A stretch of 63,677 bases of DNA, counting the filler, from a bacterium (lineage in GTDB: Bacteria > UBP15 > UBA6099 > JAJRTR01): assembly GCA_024278215.1 (NCBI GenBank). It is 5 parts of 5 records of this genome, joined end to end, with 100 filler letters (N's around TTAATTAATTAA, not from the genome) between each part and the next. Parts side by side here need not be neighbours in the genome. Positions count along the whole stretch, not along the records: positions 29,599 to 42,224 come from JAJRTR010000144.1; positions 42,325 to 60,197 come from JAJRTR010000149.1; 3 more parts are not named here. One strand, given 5' to 3'. The notes below the pieces were generated by a model. That model was not told the DNA's origin, searched no databases, and saw nothing but the letters and a program-made list of their open reading frames with translations. The translations under genes were made by a program, and so were the position numbers. Positions 36,336 to 45,308 of the stretch are shown piece by piece; within the stretch, counting starts at the first letter, position 1; every line of letters begins with the position of its first letter.

Positions 36336-37724
36336 ATGTCGACAGCAACAGAAAAAAGTGAAGGTTCGGTTGCAACGGCACCGAAAAAGACATTTGATTT
36401 TTATTATATTGAAGGCGGGTTGCCTCGCGGGCGAGCTGTGAAGTTTATCAATGCTTTCGCGGCAGTGCTCAGACATACCAATTACAAGCCGCTTCTTGAT
36501 ATGTATTCGAGAAGCACAGCGAAATGCGCAAGGTGTACTGTCATGTGTCCCGTGCATGAAGCGACCGGCGATCCCCGGGATATACCCTGCTATCGTTCGC
36601 AACTCATTCTGGACATCTATAAAAAATACTTCACCGTGGGTGGCTGGTTCAAAACCCGTGTAATGGGTGAAGGGCATATTACAAACGACGACATCGACGA
36701 ACTTGCCGAGTCGGTCTACCGTTGCACAGCCTGCAAACGGTGTTTATTGCAGTGTCCGATGGGTATCGACCATGCACTGGTCACCCACATTGCACGCTAT
36801 GTTCTATCCGAGATCGGCATAGTGCCCAAGGCGCTAAGGGTTGCCACGAGGGAGCAACTCGAGGGCCCCTCGGCGAACACGTCGGCGATTCCCGTTGTCG
36901 CGCTCAGGGACACGCTCGAATTTCTCGAAGAAGAACTCCTCGAGATCACCGGACACGAGATAAAGTTCCCTGTAGATAAGGAAGGTGTGGATTTCGTGTT
37001 TTTCCCGGCAGTCTCCGACTACCTTCTCGAGGCCGAGACGCTTATGGGCAACGCCGCCGTCATGTATGCCACGGGCAACGCCGACAACTGGACTATCGGC
37101 ACACAGAACTTCGACGGCATCAACTACGGCCTGTTCTACAGCGACTGGCATCTCGAAAACATCATCAAGAACGTGGTCAAAGAAACGAGAAGGCTTAAGG
37201 GAAAGTGCATCCTGATCGGCGAGTGCGGGCACGCCTCGCGCTCGGCCAAGCAGTTTGTCCCGGTGTTCGGCGGCAAGAACCCGCCTCCGGTCATCAACTG
37301 CATGGAATTCGCGCTGGACATGATGGAAGAGGGCAAGCTGAAGCTCAATCCCGACATTATTGATAAAAGCGCGACATATCACGACCCCTGCAACATAGCC
37401 CGTTCGGGCTGGATCGTCGAGCAGCCGCGCAAGATTATTAAATCTTTCATCAAGGATTTCGTCGAAATGACTCCCAACGGCGCTGAGAATTATTGTTGCG
37501 GCGGTGGCGGCGGTACCGTATCCATCGACGAGATGCACAAGTTCCGCATGGAGATAGGCGGTCTGAAAAAGGCCGAGCAGATACGCAACGCCGGTACGGA
37601 CTATGTCATCGCTCCGTGCGCCAACTGCAAGAAACAACTCGGTGAAATCATCGAATATCACAAACTCGACAGCAAGCTTATCGGTCTTCACGATCTGATG
37701 CTGAAGGCAATCGAGTTTAAATGA
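36336..37724 (+). CDS. Fe-S/CCG-domain oxidoreductase, HmcF/TmcB/DsrK-like
   Basis: CARCTVMCP, CTACKRCLLQCPMGID, GECGH, TYHDPCN, CCGGGGG, PCANC. Confidence 0.85.
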   Translation: MSTATEKSEGSVATAPKKTFDFYYIEGGLPRGRAVKFINAFAAVLRHTNYKPLLDMYSRSTAKCARCTVMCPVHEATGDPRDIPCYRSQLILDIYKKYFTVGGWFKTRVMGEGHITNDDIDELAESVYRCTACKRCLLQCPMGIDHALVTHIARYVLSEIGIVPKALRVATREQLEGPSANTSAIPVVALRDTLEFLEEELLEITGHEIKFPVDKEGVDFVFFPAVSDYLLEAETLMGNAAVMYATGNADNWTIGTQNFDGINYGLFYSDWHLENIIKNVVKETRRLKGKCILIGECGHASRSAKQFVPVFGGKNPPPVINCMEFALDMMEEGKLKLNPDIIDKSATYHDPCNIARSGWIVEQPRKIIKSFIKDFVEMTPNGAENYCCGGGGGTVSIDEMHKFRMEIGGLKKAEQIRNAGTDYVIAPCANCKKQLGEIIEYHKLDSKLIGLHDLMLKAIEFK

Positions 37725-37835
37725 TGCGGTATAGCAATCTATTGCTTAATGTTACAGGATTCGAGTTGCGAAAGAGAAATTCCGGTTTGCGCAGAACCGG
37801 CTAAAAAAAATAAAAAGCATATTTTATAGAAAGAG

Positions 37836-38603
37836 GTGGCGGATTTGTTGACAGACTGGTTGGGTTTCGCGAGGGGGCCGCTGTTTATCATGTGCTTCCT
37901 GTTCATGTTGCTGGGACTACTCAGGCTGGTGGTTCTCGAACTTATCGGCTTTAAAAACGCTTACGCTAAAATCGAAGACAAAGATTTCCTGATATTCTCT
38001 CCACCCGAACAGACGGGAGATATCAGGGATAAGAAGTTCATCTCGAAAACATGGCTTGCGGGCATTATGGAATGGCTGATACCGGTTCGGCACATTTATA
38101 AGAGCAAACCGTTCTTCAGCATTGTGTCGATTATATTTCACATAGCGATTATAGTGACTCCGATATTCCTGATGCAGCACATACTTCTGTGGAAGCGGGG
38201 CGTGGGGGTCGGCTGGCCGGGTCTGCCGGGGCATCTGGCGGATGTGCTTACGGTTGTGGCGCTTGCCTCGATTATCATTCTTTTTCTTTACCGGCTTACG
38301 GATAAAGACGCGCGTGTCCTGAGTGGCACGGGCGACTATCTGCTGCTCGCGCTGATATTCGTGATATTCGGGACGGGGCTTCTGGCCGCGCACCCGGCTA
38401 TGAGCCCTGTAAACTACAGTCTCACCATGTTGATTCATGTTCTCGCGGGCAATCTTTCTTTTGTTCTCCTGCCTCTGAGCAAGCTGGCGCATGTTGTCCT
38501 CTTCCCGTTCAACAGGGTTTCCTCGGACTTCTTCTGGAGACTGCCTCCGGGCATGGGAGATAAAGTCGCGCACGAACTTCATGGCGAGGAGGCGAAAGTG
38601 TGA
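37836..38603 (+). CDS. Membrane cytochrome b, NarI/HmcE/TmcC/DsrM-like
   Basis: Five hydrophobic helices; ARGPL, FH...H, IHVLAGN...PLSKLAH histidine pattern. Confidence 0.82.
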   Translation: MADLLTDWLGFARGPLFIMCFLFMLLGLLRLVVLELIGFKNAYAKIEDKDFLIFSPPEQTGDIRDKKFISKTWLAGIMEWLIPVRHIYKSKPFFSIVSIIFHIAIIVTPIFLMQHILLWKRGVGVGWPGLPGHLADVLTVVALASIIILFLYRLTDKDARVLSGTGDYLLLALIFVIFGTGLLAAHPAMSPVNYSLTMLIHVLAGNLSFVLLPLSKLAHVVLFPFNRVSSDFFWRLPPGMGDKVAHELHGEEAKV

Positions 38604-38675
38604 TCCTGCGGAGACCGGCACTTCGAGCCGGTCATTCTCCATGCAATCAGCAGGATTCACGCGGAGGAATGCTCA

Positions 38676-39611
38676 ATGAAAAGTTTTCACAATAAAAATA
38701 TACTTGCCGTCGTTTCAGCCGTTATCGTTTCCATAGCCTGCGGCGGCGCGGCGCGCGCGCAGAGTCTGACGGATTTTCTGAACTCGGACACGCCGAAAAA
38801 TGTCGCATACTTGAACTTTACATTTGTCTTTCTCGGGGTCATCACGCTGATACTCATAGCGGCGGCAATTCTTGAGATCGTTTTCTCGATCAGGCGCGAC
38901 ACGCAGGCCGGCGGCCTGATGCTTACAGATGACGACATCGAACCGGGGCAATCGCTCGTTTCAATGCTGTTCGGCGACACCGGCGTGCGTCTCAGTATGC
39001 TCGCTGTGTTTATTGTTGTTCTTATCACGGGCATGGTAGTAACCGCCGATTCGATCGACAATGCTGTTGTCGAACATAATGACAGGGTGGACTCCCCGAT
39101 AGGGCTTACTGCGAACAGGGCGGTCCTGCGCATCGACGGCGACAGGAATGGCCTGTATGTGGATTTCAAACACGATATGCACAAAAAGATGCTGGGCGGA
39201 GTAAACTCGTGCGACACCTGCCATCACCTGCACAGCCCCACAGATAAAACAATGCAATGCTGGAAGTGCCACTCGCTGATGCACAATTCGTCTTCGATAT
39301 TCGACCACTCGCTGCACGAAAAGGCGCTGGGCGGCAACACAGCCTGCGATAAGTGCCATAAACAGGGTGTGCCCAAAACCCGTGAAAGCGCGAAGCCATG
39401 CGCGGAATGCCATGCGGCCAATATGAATATGGATGCCGAACTCGACAACAACGGGCGTTTCGATTTCCACGCGATGTCTTATGAGAACGCCATGCACACA
39501 CTGTGCGTCGGATGTCACAAGAGCCGCGCCGAACAGGTTGGCCGGCCCGCGCTCGGCAACTGCAATACCTGCCACCCGAACATCGAACCGCCCGGTTCAA
39601 CCTTGAAGTAA
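38676..39611 (+). CDS. Membrane-anchored class III multiheme cytochrome c (6 CxxCH)
   Basis: CDTCH, CWKCH, CDKCH, CAECH, CVGCH, CNTCH; FKHDMH and FDHSLH distal-His motifs; signal peptide plus two TM helices. Confidence 0.88.
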   Translation: MKSFHNKNILAVVSAVIVSIACGGAARAQSLTDFLNSDTPKNVAYLNFTFVFLGVITLILIAAAILEIVFSIRRDTQAGGLMLTDDDIEPGQSLVSMLFGDTGVRLSMLAVFIVVLITGMVVTADSIDNAVVEHNDRVDSPIGLTANRAVLRIDGDRNGLYVDFKHDMHKKMLGGVNSCDTCHHLHSPTDKTMQCWKCHSLMHNSSSIFDHSLHEKALGGNTACDKCHKQGVPKTRESAKPCAECHAANMNMDAELDNNGRFDFHAMSYENAMHTLCVGCHKSRAEQVGRPALGNCNTCHPNIEPPGSTLK

Positions 39612-39681
39612 ATCTGACACCTCCAGACCCGGCATTAGAAACCACAGTGGGGGTACTATCTCAGAGAGGGACCAGTGATAA

Positions 39682-40125
39682 ATGAGTGGCGGCGATGTGT
39701 TGAAAAAAAACAAAATTATGGTGGTCGACGACGAGCAGGACATCGTCGATTATCTTTCGATCTTTCTTGATGATAATGATTACCAAGTGGCGAGTGCGAC
39801 AGACACAGACGAAGTGATGCCGCTTGTCGAGAAGTTCAAACCGGATCTTATGCTTCTTGATATTGTCATGCCGAAGAAAACGGGATTTGCCATTTATAAG
39901 GGATTGAAGGAAGACCCCTGTTTCAGCGATATGCCGATACTTATCGTCAGTGCCTTCAGCAAAACACGGGATTTTCCACAGGTGGAATTCGACCGGATGA
40001 TAAAAGAAAACAACTTGCCCCGGCCGGGCGGCTACGTCGAGAAACCCATCGACCGCAAGCGGCTTTTAGAACTGATAAAGTCTCAACTCGGAGAGAACGA
40101 TCGTAATGTCGACAATGGACATTAA
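39682..40125 (+). CDS. Single-domain response regulator
   Basis: VVDDE, LLDIVMP, VEKP. Confidence 0.9.
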   Translation: MSGGDVLKKNKIMVVDDEQDIVDYLSIFLDDNDYQVASATDTDEVMPLVEKFKPDLMLLDIVMPKKTGFAIYKGLKEDPCFSDMPILIVSAFSKTRDFPQVEFDRMIKENNLPRPGGYVEKPIDRKRLLELIKSQLGENDRNVDNGH

Positions 40126-41932
40126 AGAGGTCAGAGAGTGGGTTTGCAGCGAACTCTACGAGCAGATGCCCGTGAGTGTCGCGGTAATCGACTCCGACTT
40201 CAAAATCGTCGATGCAAACAATACGTTCGTGCAGACATTCGGCGAAATGAAAGGCAGAAGTTGCCACGAAGCAATAAAACGGAGCCGGTTGTACTGCGAA
40301 GAATGTGAGGCCGGCAAGACTTTTGTTGATGGCAAAGTACGCATAAATAAAGTCAGCGGTATCGACCGCTTTGGAAATAAGATCAGTTACCTCATACATC
40401 TCTTTCCTCTCGTCGCCGAGGACGGCAGCATACCCTACATCATCGAGATGGCCGCCGACTCGACACTCATTGACGAATTGCAGGAAAGATACGAACTTCT
40501 TTTCGACAAGACGCCCTGTTATATATGTATCATCGACAGGCAGTTCCAGGTGATACAGACAAACCGGAAGTTCCGCGACACATTCGGCGAGCCCGGCGGC
40601 CGCTACTGCCACCAGGTCTACAAGCAGAGCCCGAATATATGCGAAGAATGTCCCGCCGTCAGGGTATTCCAGACTGGCGCCGAGCACTCTACACGACAAC
40701 GCGGTGTAGACGTTCACGGCAACACAACTTATTACATGGTCACCGCCGCGCCTCTTATAAAAGGACCGGACGGTACCGTCGAGACGGTCATGGAAATCGC
40801 GTTCGACGTTTCCCGCATCGTCGAACTCGAAGAACAGATAAAAGAGCTGTTCGACATTCAGGAGTTTGTCATCGCAAGTTCGATGGACGCCCTTATAGTT
40901 ACAGACTTCAAGGACAGGATAATAATATTCAACAGGTCCGCGGAAAAACTTTTCGGTTATTCGGCGATGGACGTTATCGGCAAACGTGGTTTCTTCAACG
41001 AGATTCTGCCCGGTGAATTCACGGGGTTGCTGAAAGACAACGGCGGCCCGAAACAGATTCGGGAAACAACAATAAAAAACAGGGACGGCGAGTCGATTCC
41101 TGTCAGGATATCAGGGAGCTGCCTGTCGAGCGAAGACAAGTTCCTCGGCCATGCCGCGTTTTTGCAGGATTTAAGAAAGATCAAACAGCTCGAGGACGAG
41201 AAACTAAGCGCCGAGCGGCTTGCGGCTGTAGGCCAGACCGTTGCGGGCCTGGCACACGGCATAAAAAACATCATCACAGGGCTCGAAGGCGGTCTCTATG
41301 TGATGAAAACAGGTATGCGCAAGAGTGATGTCGAGACCATCGGCAAGGGCCTCACTATGCTCGACAGCAACATCCGGCGCATATCACACTTCGTCAGGGA
41401 GTTCCTCAGTTTCGCGCGGGGCAAAGTTCCTGAAGTCGATATGACAGAACCTGTAAGTATCGCTGCCGAGGTTTTCGAGTTGTACAAATACGCCGCGCAG
41501 CAGGAAGGCATCGAGATCGTTACCGATTTCCAGGACGGTGTACCGCCTGCGCCTATGGATCGGGAAGCAATCCATACGTGCATTTCCAACCTCGTGTCAA
41601 ATGCGATCGACGCTTGCCAGATGAGCGACAAAGATAGTAAAGTAATTACCATAAGGGCATACGAAGAGAATGAAACAATAATATATGAAGTCTCGGATAA
41701 CGGGATCGGGATGGATTATGACGTTAAAAAGAAGGTGTTCACAAGTTTCTTCAGCACCAAGGGGTCACATCAGGGGACAGGACTCGGGCTTCTGCTCACT
41801 AAAAAGACGGTGCAGGAACACGGCGGGCAGGTAAGACTGGATTCGGAACCTGAAGAAGGCGCGACCTTCCGACTCGAGTTTCCACGAAACCGGCTGCCGA
41901 AACCCGGTGGAGAGGAACATGTCGACAGTTAG
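40106..41932 (+). CDS. Cytoplasmic multi-PAS sensor histidine kinase
   Basis: Three PAS-like segments, two with CH/CxxC motifs; GLAHGIKN H-box; NLVSNAIDA, DNGIGM, FFSTKG, GTGLGL. Confidence 0.92.
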   Translation: MSTMDIKEVREWVCSELYEQMPVSVAVIDSDFKIVDANNTFVQTFGEMKGRSCHEAIKRSRLYCEECEAGKTFVDGKVRINKVSGIDRFGNKISYLIHLFPLVAEDGSIPYIIEMAADSTLIDELQERYELLFDKTPCYICIIDRQFQVIQTNRKFRDTFGEPGGRYCHQVYKQSPNICEECPAVRVFQTGAEHSTRQRGVDVHGNTTYYMVTAAPLIKGPDGTVETVMEIAFDVSRIVELEEQIKELFDIQEFVIASSMDALIVTDFKDRIIIFNRSAEKLFGYSAMDVIGKRGFFNEILPGEFTGLLKDNGGPKQIRETTIKNRDGESIPVRISGSCLSSEDKFLGHAAFLQDLRKIKQLEDEKLSAERLAAVGQTVAGLAHGIKNIITGLEGGLYVMKTGMRKSDVETIGKGLTMLDSNIRRISHFVREFLSFARGKVPEVDMTEPVSIAAEVFELYKYAAQQEGIEIVTDFQDGVPPAPMDREAIHTCISNLVSNAIDACQMSDKDSKVITIRAYEENETIIYEVSDNGIGMDYDVKKKVFTSFFSTKGSHQGTGLGLLLTKKTVQEHGGQVRLDSEPEEGATFRLEFPRNRLPKPGGEEHVDS

Positions 41933-41969
41933 GCGACGGCTCAATACATATCAGAAAAGGAGTTTGCCA

Positions 41970-42224
41970 ATGGAAGGACATCTCAACAAAACAATACTCG
42001 TAGTGGACGACGAACCTGACGTGCGAACATTTTTTGAAACGGCCCTTAAGGATGCCGGTTTCACTGTTGTGACGGCAGGCGATGGGGAGGCCGCCCGGAA
42101 GGCACTTGATGAGAGAAAGCCCGACCTGGTTTCCCTGGACCTTGTCATGCCGAAAAAGTCGGGCGTGAAACTATACCATGAGATCAGGCGCGATAAGGAG
42201 TTGAGAAAGATTCCGGTGATAGTC
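41970..42224 (+). CDS. Response regulator, truncated by contig end
   Basis: ILVVDDEPD, SLDLVMP; aaggag RBS. Confidence 0.85.
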
Positions 42225-42324
42225 NNNNNNNNNNNNNNNNNNNNNNNNNNNNNNNNNNNNNNNNNNNNTTAATTAATTAANNNNNNNNNNNNNNNNNNNN
42301 NNNNNNNNNNNNNNNNNNNNNNNN
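42225..42324. other. Artificial contig spacer
   Basis: N44-ttaattaattaa-N44. Confidence 0.99.
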
Positions 42325-43032
42325 ATCACAAAATGAAACAACTTCACCCCCAACACTTTCAGCTAATACTTTTGCATTTTCCTGAGATCTATTCATTACA
42401 TATACTTTTTTTACATTCTTATCCTTAATTTGATCTAAGATAATCTTACTCATTTTTCCAGCACCAATAATTAAGAACTTTTTCTCCCTTAAATCTCCTA
42501 GGCGTTTTTCTGCAAGCGCAACAGCCGCCCAACTAATTGAAGAACCACCATAGCTAATATCAGTTTCTCGTCGAGATTTTTTTCCTGCCTCTATAACCAA
42601 ATTCGTTAAAATATTGAAACTCTTAATTAAAGTCCCTTTTGAACGCGCCAACTCAACAGCCTTTTTAACTTGACCCTGAATTTGCTTCTCCCCAATAACA
42701 AGAGAATCTAAACCCGAAATAACTTTAAACAGATGCTCAATCACATCATTATCAACTAATCGATAAAAATACTCTGTTAATTTTCTTTGAACAGTAATTT
42801 TCTTAATGTTAAAAAGAATATTTAGTATTTCACCTGATTCATTCTTAATATCTAAAATTTGTACATAAATCTCTGTACGATTACACGTGGATAAAATAAA
42901 TACTTCAATAACCCAAGGAATATTCTTTAATTCACTAAGAAAAAGTTCTTGTTGAATAAGACTTAAACTAAATTTCTCTCTTATTTCAATAGGCGCTGTC
43001 TTATGGTTAATTCCTATACATAATGTTTGCAT
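42325..43032 (-). CDS. hemA: Glutamyl-tRNA reductase, truncated by contig boundary, AT-rich
   Basis: GINHKTAP, LSTCNRTE, GLDSLVIGEKQIQGQVK, IIGAGKM. Confidence 0.93.
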
Positions 43033-43069
43033 ATTAATCCTTTTCTTTCTTTGGAATGGAATCAGTCAA

Positions 43070-43519
43070 TTAGCACAATAACTGATAGTATTCTTTCTTT
43101 TCCACAACAGGGGCCACGAGGAGTTCAACATTTGTTTTTTTCAGCAGGTCTACATAAGCGCCGCTGCAGATAAACGCAAGGTCTACGGCTCGGTCCCGGA
43201 CCAGTTCGTTTATCTGGGTATAAGAATATCTCATTACCAGCTTGTATTGCCTGCCTGTCTCTTCCGATATGAAATCCAGTATTTTTTTGTAGCTGACCAG
43301 GGTCTCATCAGGAGTTATCATCGTGCCGATAGCAAAGTTCAGAGGAGGAATGTCCGCCCCGGCATTTATGGACTCATTCGGAATAAGACCTTCTTTCAAT
43401 CGTATTTTCCTGGGTCCGTTTATTTCATCCGAACAACCGATAAGGATAACCACCAGCAGAACTGATATTATTGCCGTTAAGATAACACATTTTCCCGGAC
43501 CGCATCTTATTCTCTTCAT
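43070..43519 (-). pseudogene. Truncated PhnD/phosphonate-type ABC substrate-binding lipoprotein
   Basis: Lipobox-like LIGC; MITP.ET..Y, Y..INEL...VDLAFICSGAYV, LLVAPVV; ends after about 150 aa where AT-rich DNA begins. Confidence 0.65.
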
Positions 43520-43545
43520 GTAAAACGCTCCTTGCTCGACATTGA

Positions 43546-43592
43546 TGGGCATTCTCACGATTGTTAACCGGCATCGGTGAAATATGCGGGCT
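43546..43592 (-). repeat. Dispersed about 48-bp palindromic repeat (copy 1)
   Basis: Reverse complement matches 52371-52418: agcccgcatatttcacc.atgc.gg.taa.aatcg.gagaatgccca. Confidence 0.75.
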
Positions 43593-43911
43593 GAATCCGC
43601 CTCGCCTTACTCCTAACTCTACCATAGAATGGTTAAGAATTCCGATAAAATCCTTTTTGGTCCCGGTTCTGCCGGGTTGTGACATTAGGCGGAATAACGT
43701 TTGGACAGATGTCGTAATTAGTAACACTTTAGCCATGTGAAGAATTCCCAGGGGACACAATCCGGAATTCCACGACTTTGCTTCAGATGGTTGCTGAAGT
43801 GTTACAAATTATGTTTCAGCATTAAGCAAAGCGGGAATAACCAGAATAAGAAGATTCAAACACTGCAACGCCTGGATATACCAACAGAAAACGAAGAAAG
43901 GTTGATGCCTT

Positions 43912-45093
43912 ATGAAGCGCGATAAAAAAGTGCTAATAGCTCTGCTGTGGACGCTTCTTACATGCAGCGCTTTCTTATGGTTTGCAGGCTGTGGAGGAGC
44001 AGGTTCATCGGCCGTCCATGAGCCCGGAGCAACAACAGCGCCGAATATTACCCGTAATGTGATGTCGACGGCAACAGCTACGGTCATGATCCCCGACGAG
44101 GCGAAGGCGGTACAGAAGCCGACGCCATCCGTTGTTCGCACGCGCGCGGCATCCTCAGTGCCTGCCGGTACGCTCCGGGCGATACTGCCCGTGGTGAAGG
44201 CCATGTCGTATCAAAACGAATGCGCGGCGTACTACTTCGGGCGCGACAGAAGTGTGCGCACACAATATCTCTGGCTGGCGATGGCGGTGTTCGATTGCTG
44301 GGACTATTCGATACTTGTGCAATTCGATCTTTCCGGCCTTGCGGGGATAAACTCCGACGATATTGTGCTGGCCGAGCTTGAGATGTATCAGTACAGTGAT
44401 TTCGGTCACCATGAGAGTTCCTGGATGTATGATTTCGAGGCATCGGTGCTGCCTGTTTCCGGGACATGGGACGAGTCCACGACATGGTTTTTCAACCGGC
44501 CCGCCACGGAGGCAGGTTTTCCTGATAACCGCATCACTGTAACAAACGAGACCGGCTGGAAAAACTGGGACGTGACCGATGCGGTGAAAGCCTGGCACTC
44601 CGGTGTTTTGCATAACTACGGGTTTAACGTGTTTCCCCATAATGCCGGGATGCCTCTGGACTCCAACGCATTTTTCTATGATGAGACGGGCGGTGCGGCC
44701 TTTTCGCCGCCTCTATCTCCGCGTCTGGTTGTTTACTACAAAGAACCTGCCCCACCTGTTACGACTGTCATGCCGCCTCCGGGGACATGCGTCGTTCCGT
44801 CCGCTCCGGGTGTGCAGGATGCCGACGCGAATGACTGTGTGGATTCTATTTACGATCTTCACGACCTTATCAAATCACAAGGTCTTGATAAAAGACTGAC
44901 CAAAAAACTTCTCAGAAAAGCGGATAAGGCATTAAAGGAATACAAGAAAGGTAAAAAAGACAAGGCGCTTAAAGAGTTGTTAAAACTCTACAACGAGATT
45001 GAAAAACACCGTGGCGATAAAAAGAAAGATATTCCCGGCGGTGTCGCCGATATGCTGGAGGCTTATATAGAGAATGTTATGCACCTGATTTAA
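43912..45093 (+). CDS. Lipoprotein with DNRLRE/disaggregatase-related-like beta domain
   Basis: FAGC lipobox; LVQFDLS, WDESTTW, WDVTDAVKAW..NYG, PRLVVYY; helical C-terminal domain. Confidence 0.7.
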   Translation: MKRDKKVLIALLWTLLTCSAFLWFAGCGGAGSSAVHEPGATTAPNITRNVMSTATATVMIPDEAKAVQKPTPSVVRTRAASSVPAGTLRAILPVVKAMSYQNECAAYYFGRDRSVRTQYLWLAMAVFDCWDYSILVQFDLSGLAGINSDDIVLAELEMYQYSDFGHHESSWMYDFEASVLPVSGTWDESTTWFFNRPATEAGFPDNRITVTNETGWKNWDVTDAVKAWHSGVLHNYGFNVFPHNAGMPLDSNAFFYDETGGAAFSPPLSPRLVVYYKEPAPPVTTVMPPPGTCVVPSAPGVQDADANDCVDSIYDLHDLIKSQGLDKRLTKKLLRKADKALKEYKKGKKDKALKELLKLYNEIEKHRGDKKKDIPGGVADMLEAYIENVMHLI

Positions 45094-45128
45094 GAGTCAT
45101 AGTCTGTCTGAATAGAACGGAGCAGACG

Positions 45129-45257
45129 GGGTGTGCGACACAAAAGTGGGTTTTTGCGAAAAGCGGGACAGGTACCGCAAAAAACAGCGTTACCAGTTCC
45201 TGTTTTTCGCACATTAAAAATGTGGTTATTTTTAACCCACTTTTATGTCGCACACCC
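45129..45257. mobile_element. MITE family B, 129 bp, 9-bp target duplication
   Basis: gggtgtgcgaca...tgtcgcacaccc flanked by gagcagacg at 45120-45128 and 45258-45266. Confidence 0.92.
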
Positions 45258-45308
45258 GAGCAGACGCGGGAAGTTGTTTCGAGCAGGTGGAATTGATAAG
45301 ATAGTTAT

